The position numbers were made by a program, and so were the translations under genes. The notes beneath the pieces are model-generated. The model saw nothing but the letters and a program-made list of their open reading frames with translations, did not search any database and was not told the origin of the DNA. From Isurus oxyrinchus (Eukaryota): a stretch of 64,000 nt of DNA. Below are positions 12,995 through 25,132 of this stretch, piece after piece. The stretch covers positions 12,276,001 through 12,340,000 of the forward strand of contig JANJGN010000021.1 in assembly GCA_026770705.1 (NCBI GenBank), read 5' to 3'. The stretch's first letter is position 1, and each line of letters begins with the position of its first letter.

Positions 12995-13195
12995 TTTCTT
13001 TTATTCGTTCATGTGGGCGTCGCTGGCTAGCACAGCTTTTATTGTCCATCCCTAACTGCCCTTGTTCAGAGGGCAGACCAGGTAAGGACAGCAAATTCCT
13101 TCCCTAAAGGACATTAGTGAACCAGATGGGTTTTTTTTTTACAATCGGCAATAGTTCCAAGGCGTCATCAGATTTTTAATTCCAGATGTTTTTGT
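12995..13195 (-). mobile_element. tRNA-SINE fragment (family of 4524)
   Basis: ttcgttcatgtgggcgtcgctggctag...ccaggtaaggacagcaaattccttccctaaaggacattagtgaaccagatggg. Confidence 0.8.
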
Positions 13196-13384
13196 CCATG
13201 GTTCAAAGTTCGTAATATACTGGAGCATAACAGTTGGTCTATAACAAGCAAACTTTAATAATTATGTACAGAATACTATACTGCTTAATTGCTATTTTGC
13301 TTTTGTTGGCGTCTGGGTTCGTGTTAATTTTCAAGGCTAAAATGGGGTCATATTGAAAACTAGTTTGTAGAATTATTAGAGAAG

Positions 13385-13860
13385 GTGCAGGAAAGATTCA
13401 CAAGAAAGCTACCAGAATGAGAGGTAATCTCTATCATGGAGCATTGAACAGGCCGAAGACATTTTCTCTAGACAAGAGAAGGCTTGAAGGGGTGAATGGA
13501 TAGAGGTCTTCAAGATTATGAAAGGGTTTGATAGGGTTGAAGTAGAGAAGCTGTTTCTACTTGCGGGGGAGACCAAGATTAGAGGAAATAAATATGAAAT
13601 AGTCACTAAGAAATCCAATGGGGAATTCGGGAGAAAAGTCTTTATCCAAAGAATGGTATGAATGTGGAACTCACTACCACAGGGAGTAGTTGAAGTGAAT
13701 ACCAGAGATGCATTTAAGGGTAAACTAGATATGCACATGAGGGAGAAAGAAATAGAAGGTTATGCTGATAGAGTTAGGTGAAGAGAGGTGAGAGGAGGCT
13801 CCTGTGGAGCATGAATGCATGGATCCATTGTGCTGAATGGTCTGTTTCTGTGCTGTAGTC
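13385..13860 (+). mobile_element. CR1 LINE 3' fragment
   Basis: Encodes EVFKIMKGFDRVEVEKLF...RMWNSLPQGVVEVNTRDAFKGKLD, the CR1 ORF2 C-terminus. Confidence 0.85.
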
Positions 13861-15392
13861 TCAATGTAACTTGCATTTATAAAGTATCTTTAAAGTAGAA
13901 AAATATTCCAAGCTGTTTCACAGATACATAAGGAAAAAAAAATGGGCATCAAACCAAAGAAAGAAATACTAGTAGAAGCAATAAAAGCTTGGCGAAAGAG
14001 ATGAGTCTTACAGACTTACTGCAGGAAAGAAAAGTGGAAAAATATATGGGTTTAAAGAAGAAACTCCAGAGCATGGGGTGTAAGCAGATGAATGCACAGT
14101 TGTCAATGGTGTGGTAAAAGGATGGAAGATGAGCAAGACGCTTGTATCCCCTAACAAGACCTCTGGAGCATTAACAGAAATGGAGCCCACCAGTGATGGA
14201 ACCTGTGAGGGCAACATGTACCCCATCTCTCCACCCACCCTTCCTGCAACCACTTGGAGGCCAGGGCTTGGCCAAAACTAACCGTACATAATTTACTTAC
14301 TTAACTTGCAAATTCTTGATGATGATTATGTTGTCATTTTAAGTGTGAGCTCACCACAACATGGCACAGGAGGTCGCCAGCACGAGTGTACGGTGCATGC
14401 AGCTACCAAGTATTAGCTCACTGGTCTCCCTCCAAGTTCTTAAGAATGGAAGCGGAAATAAGTTGGGATGAGGATCCAGGAGGGGCAGCATTTCAAACAG
14501 GCCCCCAGTTGTCATGTGTAAATTTTTGCCTTTGGGGCCAAATCTGGACAATGACCCATCCATTCCTTTGACCTTGGCTCCACCCTGGAGTCTGTATGTC
14601 CAAAATTATGTCTGTGCTGAAATGAATAGCATATGTCGTTCTGACTTTCCTATATTCTACCACAATGAGTGATCCATATATTGGTTGATGTTTTTGGTGG
14701 TCTGGTTTCAAGTAAAGCAAAATAATGTACAGTATTTGCACATGTTGAATGGGAAGCTTATATATGCACCAGCCTTACTATAAATATTTTAATATTAATT
14801 TTTCTGAAACAAATCTGTCTGTTAAAGATTATGGCAAACAGAGTTATTAACTCAGCAAGGAACAGCTGAATGCTGTCATATGTCATGAATAAGATGCTGC
14901 TGCTTAGCCATGTTATCAGATTGTTTGACAGTGATATGTTACCAGAGCTATGTTCGGAAAGGAAGTTCCTACTAATATTTTGAGAAATACCTGCACAAAA
15001 CTCATTTGTTAGAGAAGAATTTTGTGGGCTGGGTTGGAAGGCATTTGCACATTTCAAAGGGAGAAAATGTACAATGTAGAGAGAAAATAATTGGTTACAG
15101 CCCGCATGTTTATGTAATCATAAGATGAACATCTTATCGTATTTGTCTCAATGAATTAAGAGAACGTGAATGCTGTACGCCTTTTAGTGCGATCACTTAC
15201 ATTATTCTGCTGCACAAAAGGTCAGCTGGCACTTAACTATCTGCACAAGGAAGTCCTTACTAACCGGTCCAGCAGGATGTTTAACTCAGAAATTCTGTGA
15301 AGAATTTTCCCAATGGGTTTTTTTGTTAAGGTGCTGGTTGGGGCAGAGGTCACAGGTTATAAAAGGTATGTGAACTTGCAGGTAATGTGTAA

Positions 15393-15820
15393 GCTGTGGC
15401 TCAGTTGGTAACAGACTTGCCTCTGAGTGAGAAGTTTGTGTGTCCAAGTCCTGAACGCAAGGGAAATAAATCAAAGTTGGCAGTGTAATACCGAAGGAGT
15501 ACCGCACTGTTAGAGGTGCTGTGTCTCAGATGAGAAGTTAAACTGAAGCCCTGTCAGCTGAATGTAAAAGGTCCCACGGCAATACTTTGAAGAAGACCAG
15601 GGGAATTATCCCTGGTGTCCTGGCCAATATTTATCCCTTAGTCAACATCACCAAAAAAACAGATTATCTGGTCACTATCAAGATTGCTGTTTGTGAGAGT
15701 TTGCTGTGTGCAAATTGGCTGCTACTTTTCCTACATAAGTGACTACACAAGTAAAGCATTTTGAGACACTCTAGTGATTCCGAAAGATGCTATATAAATA
15801 TAAATCTTTCTTCTTCTTCC
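15393..15820 (+). mobile_element. Deu-type (SacSINE1-like) tRNA-derived SINE
   Basis: tRNA head gtggctcagttggtaac; body cctggtgtcctggccaatatttatccc...cagattatctggtc; L2-like tail gctatataaat plus TTC repeats. Confidence 0.8.
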
Positions 15821-15977
15821 TTCCTTAATGTCAGTACCATCAGTTAGCTCTCCTGGATTAGCTTTTAACAGACTAAGGGGGTAGCAGAGAATAAATTTAC
15901 AGATTTCCTGTCCTTAATTGATCTTGGGTTTTCATCTATGTTTCTGCCTTTCCCAAAAGGCTGATGGTGGACAGGGA

Positions 15978-16650
15978 GTGTCTATTACACAGTGTTGCTA
16001 TTCCTGGTTATAAGGCAGTGTCTATTATGCAGTGTTGCTATTCCAGCGGATAAGGCAGTGGCAATTATGCAGTGTTGCTGTTCCAGCGGATAAGGCAGTG
16101 GCAATTATGCAGTGTTGATATTCCAGTGGATAGGGTGGTATCTATTAGGCAGTGTTGCTGTTCCAGTGGATAGGGCTGTGTCTATTATGCAGTGTTGCTA
16201 TTCCAGTGGATAAGGCAGTGTCAATTATGCAGTGTTGATATTCCAGTGGATAGGCCGGTGTCTATTATGCAGTGTTGCTGTTCCAGTGGATAGGGCAGTG
16301 TCTATTATGCAGTGTTGCTATTCCAGTGGATAGGGCAGTGTCTATTATGCAGTGTTGCTGTTCCAGTGGATAGGCCGGTGTCTATTATGCAGTGTTGTTA
16401 TTCCAGTGGATAAGGCAGTGTCTATAATGCAGTGTTGCTATTCCAGTGGATAGGGCAGTGTCTATTATGCAGTGTTGCTGTTCCAGTGGATAGGCCAGTG
16501 TCTATTATGCAGTGTTGCTATTCCAGTGGATAGGGCAGTGTCTATTATGCAGTGTTGCTGTTCCAGTGGATAGGCTGGTGTCTATTATGCAGTGTTGCTA
16601 TTCCAGTGGATAGGGCAGTGTCTAATATGCAATATTGCTACTCCTGGTTG
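15978..16650. repeat. 40-bp minisatellite, 16 full units plus a partial unit
   Basis: Consensus tctattatgcagtgttgctattccagtggatagggcagtg, no indels. Confidence 0.97.
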
Positions 16651-16770
16651 CTGTCCAGCATGGTGTAGTAACTCCTGTAGGAAAGTGATGCGAGTTAAAA
16701 TCAGGTGAGAAGAATAACTCACTTCTCCCTATCAGCCATCCACCACCCCTGGCTGGTAAGTAACGTGAGA

Positions 16771-16993
16771 TAAAAGCAAAATACCGCGGATGCTGAAAAT
16801 CTGAAACAAAACAGAAAATGCTGGAAAAATCCAACATGTCTGGCAGCATCTGTGGAGAGAAAACAAACAGAGTTAACTTTTCGAGTCTGCTCTGAAGAAG
16901 AGTCATACGGACTCGAAACGTTAACTCTTTTTTTTCTCCGCACAGATGCTGTTAGACCTGCTGAGCTTTTCCGCCATTATCTGTGTTTGTTTG
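16771..16993. mobile_element. Fold-back pair of Penelope-like short elements; hammerhead motif on + strand at 16889-16925
   Basis: Left arm ...catctgtggagagaaaacaaacagagttaacttttcgagtc and right arm gactcgaaacgttaactctttt...cacagatgctg are reverse complements; core CTGAAGA-A-GAGTC-atacg-GACTC-GAAAC-GTT-AAC. Confidence 0.75.
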
Positions 16994-19900
16994 AGTAACA
17001 TGTGAGCCCTCCCGCCAGTTATCGCTGCATGGGACAGGTACCAGAGCTGTTCCAGCACCTAAACTGCACCCCAACTTCATCGAAAGGGGGGAAGATTGAA
17101 GCAAGAAGCCCCAATGGGGTCACTCACTGAACAGCTTCAGGCTTTCTTTCAATCCAATCCCAAAATGCTAAGTGTAAATTCGATAGGAATCTGATTTTTT
17201 TTATCACTAATTTCACATTGTTCCCAAATCCTCTCCTCTTTTCTCCAAGCAGCCTCTCACTTCCCCCCTTGACAGGATCTTCATTTCAAATACACATATT
17301 AATTTCCGTGTCTCACCATCAGTCAGAATTTTATTCATCATTGTTGAGGATACACTGGCTTAGGCATCCACCCCCACTCTCTCCACCCCCCCCCCACCCC
17401 CCACCCCCAGTACAACAAGGCCATCTATTGAAAATGTTGAATGACCCTCGTGTTTATAATGACAGATCTGGTGAACACCAGACATTAAAGGCTCATTGTC
17501 ATCCTGTCAGCCATCTGGACTGCTTGTGTGCTTTTTGCAACAGGCCAGACTGTTTCCACTGGCGATAGCATCAAAACAACGTCACAGACAGCACAAGCAC
17601 ACTGCTGTGCACATGTAGAAGCTGATGGGATTGTGGACCCACCAGGACTGTGCCAGCTTACATCATTTTCTCAAATAACATTCTTTTTACGAAAGGTAAC
17701 CAGACTGGGGGATTTAAAATGGTCCAAAAACATGTCAAGTCTATAAATCACGCCGCAGTAACATTTCCTCTCTGTGTCTCATTCTCCAGACTGGGTGTAT
17801 TGTTTGTAAACAGAATCGCCAGAAACTCTAAATCGCACATAGGTCTTAAAAATGAGAGGAACTGTGTAAGACGTTCGCCATGTCTGGGTTAATTAACAGG
17901 CAGGCAGTTCGCTAAAGTGTTTGTGTGACACTTGGGACTAGCCATCATGATATCCATTAATACCCCTTGTGAATTCTAATCCTGATTCTTCCAGCCCTGC
18001 TGCTAATGTTGGTCAGAAACGCTAAAGGTGTGGGGAGCGAAAGGGAGAAGACACACAAAGCGTTTTCTCGAGGAAACAACCGGAACGGCTTCTCACCGCC
18101 GTTCCTGGTTAAACACTGCAGATGGAAGCAGCAGCAGTGAGACAAACTGACAAACCTCGCGCACAGAACAGCAGTGATGTCATTTTCCTGAGTGCTCACT
18201 CCTGCTGGGAGGAAAATGAGGAGCAGATGCGTTTTTATTGGTGTTTTCTACCCAACTCCTCAGCCCTTACGGGAATGTGGTTTCTCGTCGTGTGGAATGC
18301 TCACTTAACAAAACCGAACGGAAGCTAAATTCCAACCCTGCTCCTCCCAACTCGATTAGTCCGATTGAGTTTGTGTAATATTATAGCTGACTTTCGTAAT
18401 ACGACTTTAAGAGACATCGGGATGTCATCCCTGGAAGGGAAATGTGTCGTGCGATCCAGTCTTAGTTTCACTTTTGCTTTGAGCAGAGCGCACACACACA
18501 GCTCTGATGTCTTCAAGCTGTAAGCCCATGTATATCTATTCTCGTGTGCCCAGTCTGAATAAATGGGCCCACAACATGTTTACCAAATCCCTTATGAGCG
18601 ATTATAATATCATTATAATAACACAGCGTGATGATCTGCAGTGGTCAAACAGCCTGGCAGCAAGATTATTTACAGGTATGGCATGGTGAACAACATTAGA
18701 TCATGCTACATGGCATGCAAAAACCCTCAATGTTTTGGTCAGACCATATTGAAGTCACAGAATTGGGGGAATGTTAAAAATGCAGCAGGTGACTACAAAG
18801 AAAAGCTTTGGAGCAAGGGGGAGTCAAACAAAATAAAAACAGAACAACAATAAAATCATAACAGACATAAAAATTAGGCCGGCAAAGGCCTATAACAGCA
18901 GCTTCGGGAGTCGCTGAACAACCAATTGAATAAAAAGAAAAGATGCCATTACTCCATGGTGCGTTCCCACCACAATTCGTCTTCATGGGCGGATCTTCAG
19001 AAAAGCACATGAAAGCAACCACAAAAGCATGTGGCAGAAAGGGCCATTGGTAGCGGCAGTGCACTATAGTAAAGGCTGATGTAGCTAGAAAGAGCCATGC
19101 ACTGATCCAAAAAGACCTTACACAATGGGTATCTTCAAGTGATAGGAATGACCATCTGGTGCCCCATCAGAAACATACACATGAAATGACTGACGAACCA
19201 GAAAATGACGATGATGTGCACGATAAGACAAAGAGCGGTGAACACTTTTCACTCCATCAATCTCGTGGAAAACACAGACGCCATCACACTGTCCAAAGTG
19301 TTTGCCAACCAAATTATCTGTCCTAAGAAAGTTGGTAACTACTCGTTATTGGCCACGAAAGACACAGGGGCAAGTGCCAACATACTACCTCTGCATGGAA
19401 GGCCATGGCAAAACCTACTGCTGGGAAACTCTCAGCATATAGCAGTTCACTAATTCTACATACAGCATCCATAGTCCTGGATTGCAAGTGCAATCAGTCC
19501 TCCTGGGTTTCACACATGTTCTACATCGTGGAAGCTAAAGGCCCATGATTGCAGGTCTATCAGCATGCTGTGATCTCCCACTAGTTACAATCCATGGAAT
19601 TAGTCAGACACACAAGGCAGGTTAACCTTAGAAACTACACCTATCATGCCTCTTCATGACCTAACATTGAAACATTCTGGACATTTCGACAAAATTGGCA
19701 GTTTCAAGGAAGCTGCAACATTACCCTTGCAGGAGAATGTAATTTGGTCACTTGATCCACCACACAAGTGCAGTATCCACATACAAGACAAATTGAAAGT
19801 CAAACTAGACAAAATGGAGAAAGATAGAATCATTAGAACAGTACAAGAGCACATGGATTGGTGTAGTTCAATTACATGTCATAAAGGACAGGTCATTGAG

Positions 19901-20195
19901 AGTACGCCTCCATCCACAATGTTTAAGCACAGTTTGTAAATGTTATCCTTACAAAATACCCACATTAGAAGAGTTAAATCTGAGAGTTACAGGTGCAACA
20001 CTTTTCGCAAAGCTTGATGCCAAACATAACTGCTCGTCAGTCTATCTCGCAGAGAAGTTCCAAGATCTTACTATGCTTTGTATCCCATTCAGGTGATACT
20101 GTTTTCAATGACTTCCTTTCGGGCTGTTGGTTAGCCAGGATCTCTTTCAAGCTTACATGGACTGCATTACATGCATTGTACCAGGATGCATGTGT

Positions 20196-23100
20196 ATCAC
20201 AGAATCACAGAATCCTAATGGCACAGAAGTAGGCCATTCGGCCCATCATGTCTGCACCAGCTCTCCACATGAGCATTATGACCTAGTGCCATTGCCCTGC
20301 CGTTCCCTTGTACCCCTGCACACTGTTTCTATTCAATTAATCATCCAATGCCCTCTTGAATGCTTCAGTTGAACCTGCCTCCACCACACTGCCAGGCAGT
20401 GCATTCCAGACCTGAACCACTCATGTGAAAAAGTTTTTTTCTGACAATACATTTGCTTCTTTTCCAAATCACTTAAAATCTGTGCAGTCTCATTCTTGAT
20501 CCTTTTATGAGCGGGAACAGCATCTCCCTAACTACTCTGTCCAGCTCCTCATGATTTTGAACATCTCTATCAAATCTCCTTTTAGCCGCCTTCTCTCCAA
20601 GGAGAACAGTCCCAACCTCTCCAATCTACCTTTGTAACTGAAGTTTCTCATTCCTGGAACCATTCTTGTAAACCTCTTCTACACTCTCTCCAATGTGTTC
20701 ATATCTTTCCTATAGTGCAGCACACAGAACTGTGCACAATACTCCAGCTGAGGTCTAATGAGTGTCTTATATAAATTCAGCATAACGTCCCTGCTCTTGT
20801 ACTCTATGCCCCTATTAATGCATCCCAGGATACTATATGCTTTATTAACTGCTCGTTCCACCTGACCTGCCATCTTCAACGATTTATACACATATACGCC
20901 CAAGTCTTTCTGATCCCGCACCCCCTTCAAAATTTCACCCCTTATTTTGTATTGTCTGTCCATGTTCTTCCTACTAAAATGCATCATCTCACACTTCTCT
21001 GCATTGAACTTCATCTGCCACCTATCTACCCACTCCACCAACTTGTCTATCTCCCCTTGAAGTTCTACAACATCCTCCTCACAGTTCACAGCACTCCCAA
21101 GCTTTATATCATCCACAAACTTTAAAATGATCCCCTGCACACCAAGATCTAGATCATTGATATATATCAAGAAAAGCAGGAATCCCAATACCGACCCCTG
21201 GGGAACTCTACTACAAACCTTCCTCCAGCCTGAAAAATATCCATTGACCATTACTCTCTGCTTCCTATTTTTCAGCCAATTTTGTATCCACATTGCTACT
21301 GTCCCTTTTATTCCATGAACAATGACTTTTCTCACACATTTGTTGTTGGCACTGTGTCAAATGCCTTTTGAAAGTCCATGTACACCACATCAACAGCATT
21401 ACCCTCATCAACTTTTTCTGTTACCTCTTCAAAAAACTCCAGCAAGTTAGTTAAACAGGATTTCCCCTTTAGAAATCAATGCTGGCTCTCCCTTATCAAT
21501 CCATATTTTTCTATGTGAGTACTAATTCTATCCTGAATAATTGTTTCTAGAATCTTGCCCACCGCTGAAGTTAAACTGACCGGTCTGTATCTGCTGGGCT
21601 TATCCTTACAACCTTTTTTGAACAAGGATGTAATGTTTGCAATCCCCCAGTCCTCTGGCACCACCCCTGAGTCTAGGGGAGACTGAAAGATTATGACCAA
21701 TGGCCCTGCAATTTCTACTCTCACTTTATTTAATATCCTTGGATCCATCTCGTCCTATCCCGGTGCCTTGTCAAATTTAAGTACCGACAGTCTAGTCAAC
21801 ATTTTCTCCTTATCTATTTTAAACCCTGCTAGTGACAGAGTTTCCTCGTCTGTTACCATGGCATGGGTAGCATCTACCTCCATGATAAAGACAGATGCAA
21901 AGTACTCACTTAACACCTCAGCCATGGCCCCTTCATCCATGTGGAAATTCCTTTTTAGGCTCCTGATCGGCCCTACTCCTTTTACTATTTATATGCCTAG
22001 AGAAGACTTTGGGATTCCCCTTTATGTTGGCTGCCAGTCTTTTCTCATAATCTCTCTTTGCTTCTCTAAAATGCTTTTTCACCTTCCCTCTGACTTTTGT
22101 GTTCCTCTTGGTTCTCAATTGTATGTTCTACATGACATTTGTCATAAGCACAGTTTGGCTTCTTTATCTTAAATTCTATCTCATTTTTCATCCAGGGAGC
22201 TCTGGATGTGTTTGCCCTACCATTCCCTTTCAATGGAATATACCTTGACTGTGCCCGAACCAATTCTTTTTTGAAGGTTCAGCTACAGTTTTTCCGGCTA
22301 ATCTTTTGTTCCAGTCTATATGGCCCAGGACCTTTCTTGCCCCATTGAAGTTGGCTCTCGTCCAGTTAATTATTCTTACTCTGGATTGCCTATCGTCCTT
22401 TTCTATCACCATCCTAAAATGTACAATACAATGATCACTGTCTCCTAAATGTTCCCCAATTGACACTTGATCTACTTGGCCCACCTCATTTCCAAGAACC
22501 AGGTCCAACAGTGCATCTTTTCTTGTTGAATTGGACACATATTGCTGTAGAAAATTCTGCTGAACACAATCTAGGAAATTTTGTCCCACTCCACCCTTTA
22601 CACTACCTCTGTCTCAGTCACATTTGGATAATTTAAGTCACCCATTATAACTACTCCACAATGCTTGCATCGCTCTGTAATTTTCCTAGAGATTTGTTCT
22701 TCTACAACCTTCTCACTATTTGACGGTCTGTAGACTACACCGAGCAATGTAATTGCACCCTTTTTGTTCCTTAGTCCTAACCAAACTGATTCTGTCCTTG
22801 AACCTGCTGGGACATCCTCTTTCTCCAACACTGAAATGTTCTTCTTAACCAATACTGCCACCCCTCTTCTTTCCCTTCCTTTCCTATCTTTTCTGAACAC
22901 CTTGTACCCGGGAATATTTGGTACCTTGGAATATTTAATACCCAATTCTGCCCTTCCTTGAGCCAGGTCTCTGTTATTGTCACAGCATCATATTCCCACA
23001 TGGCAATTTGTGTCTGTAACTCCCCAGTCTTATTTACTATACTCCGTGCATTCACATACATGAATAATAACCCTGATTTACATTTTGTTACTTTCTCCCT

Positions 23101-23265
23101 TACCCCAACTTCATCTATTAATTTAATATTCTCTATACTAGTGCTATCTGTCCCTCCCAGTATTTTGTGCACCCTGGTATTCATCTGTAATATTTTCTCT
23201 TGGTTCCCACACCCCTGCTGAGTTAGTTTAAAGCTCTCCCATTAGCACTAGCAAAATGCCTGACA
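20196..23265 (-). mobile_element. CR1 LINE, nearly complete ORF2 pseudogene (endonuclease + RT), inserted in the Gypsy pol
   Basis: YVNARSI, ITETWL, IMGDLNYP, GDSDH, YRPVSLTS, VPQGSVLG, KFVDD, IRPQLEYCAQF; (ATTCTGTG)n tail at 20196. Confidence 0.93.
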
Positions 23266-25132
23266 ATAGATGGAGTATGCATACTATGAAAAGGCAAACT
23301 GGTTGCATTTGTTTCAAAATCTCTGTCCCATAACTCAGTCGCTCTACTCCAACATCAAGTGGGGAACATTAGCCTTAGTGTTTGGAATCATGAGTTTTCA
23401 CACTTATCTATTTTGGCAAAAGATTTGAGGTGGAGACTGACCATAAACCACTGGAGTTCATTTTGTGAAAACCATTGACCAGTGCACCACCAAGATTGCA
23501 ATACCTCTTGATAAAGATTCAAGGTTACAACTGTGAGGTTAAGTACAAACCAGATAACTTGATGGTCACATCAGGTATACTTAGCAGATTTCCTAACTCA
23601 GTGAAAACAGAAGATATATCCTTGGATCTACAAGTTGACTTGAAGATGTTCTCCAAGTTGATCTGATATATTTTGTGCAACACAAATGCCAGCAGCTACA
23701 AGACGAAATGGTGAAAGATTCTATACTAGGGAAGCTCTGGAAAACCATCATCAAAGGACAGCCCCATTCAATTTAGCACGCCCATAGTCACATTAGAGCA
23801 TTTTGGCCTCATCGGAATGAGCTGGGCATCTCCCGGGGAGCCATTTTTAAACTCAAGCGGGTCATCATACCGGAATCTTTGTGACCTGAAATTCTTCAAC
23901 AGCTTCAACACTCACACATGGGCATAGATCAGATGGGAAGACTCACAAGAGAGATGGTCTATGGAACAGGTATGAACAATGACATTGAAGGCGTCATCAA
24001 GAAGTAGGAGGCATGTCAAGAGCATATGCCAAGTCATCACAAAGAACCATTGATTCCACATGAAGTTCCTATCCATCCTTGGTCCAAATTTGCCTCTGAC
24101 CTCTTTCATGTCCATGGCACTGACTCCATCATCATTGTTGTCTACATTATTCGACAATTGAACAATATGTCAGGCATAACTGTTGCACATACTCTAAGTG
24201 CTATTTTCAGTTTAGTTGGCATGCCTAGAGAGATCATAACAGATAATGGTCACAATTTATTGATAAGCCATTTCAGGATATGTGTGAGAAGCGAAATAGC
24301 GACCACACTACTTCTTCTCCTCATTACCTTAGATATAATGGCCTAGCTGAACAGATCATTTGCATGATGAAATCCCTAATTCTCAAATGTAGACAAACTG
24401 AGCAAGATCTACACTTTGCAATGTTATATTTGAGAGCAACACCTATAAGTGCAACTATTCCATCACATGCAGAGCTCACGTTTGCTAGACCAGTACATAC
24501 CAATTTACCTATTCTTATTTATTGTACTGTCTCAGAAATTAGAGAGCAACTTTTAAAACTACAAGAGAGAGATGACCAACATGCACAATAAAAATGCAGG
24601 TACAGAATTGGCAAGTTTACAGTTAGGATAATAAATTCACATCCAGGGTCCCACAGAAGGTACGTGGCAACCAGCTGAAGTGATAAGAATTTGTTCAGAA
24701 CCAAGATTATATAATTACACACAAAGGTGCAATGTAATGCGTAACTAAGGACAAATCAGATCCATTCCAGACCCTCAACAACTGCCCAGTCCTATTGCAT
24801 CCAGGACAAGATCCCAAATACAACCAGGAACAACATCCAAGAATGATGACCCCACAGATCACTGCAAGCAACTAAAGAAACCCCCCAGACAAGGTTACCA
24901 TTACAAGATCTGGGTGTACCAGCAGATTAACTCTATGCTTTAGGGAATTATAAGTTCATCGGTTCCATGCAATTATGTAATGGTAACTAAACATGAACAC
25001 GTATTGTAAATATCATGCTTCACTGAAATGAGGGAAGTACCTTTAAAAAGAAAAGGGGATGTTGTAATATGTTTTTAAGGGATATCAGCATGACATCACT
25101 GGAAGGGAAATGTGTCATATGATCCAGTCTCA

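Larger units (their letters stand above)
11557..13378. mobile_element. Possible old hAT/Charlie-type element hosting an LTR-like segment (about 11930-12760, - strand) and a SINE
   Basis: Left end cagcggttcccaaa with ggggtc subterminal motifs; degenerate right end ggggtc...tttgtagaatt; no clear TSD. Confidence 0.35.

Noticed and set aside
15978-16650. CRISPR-like regular array
   Set aside because: Units are contiguous with no unique spacers, no cas genes, eukaryotic context
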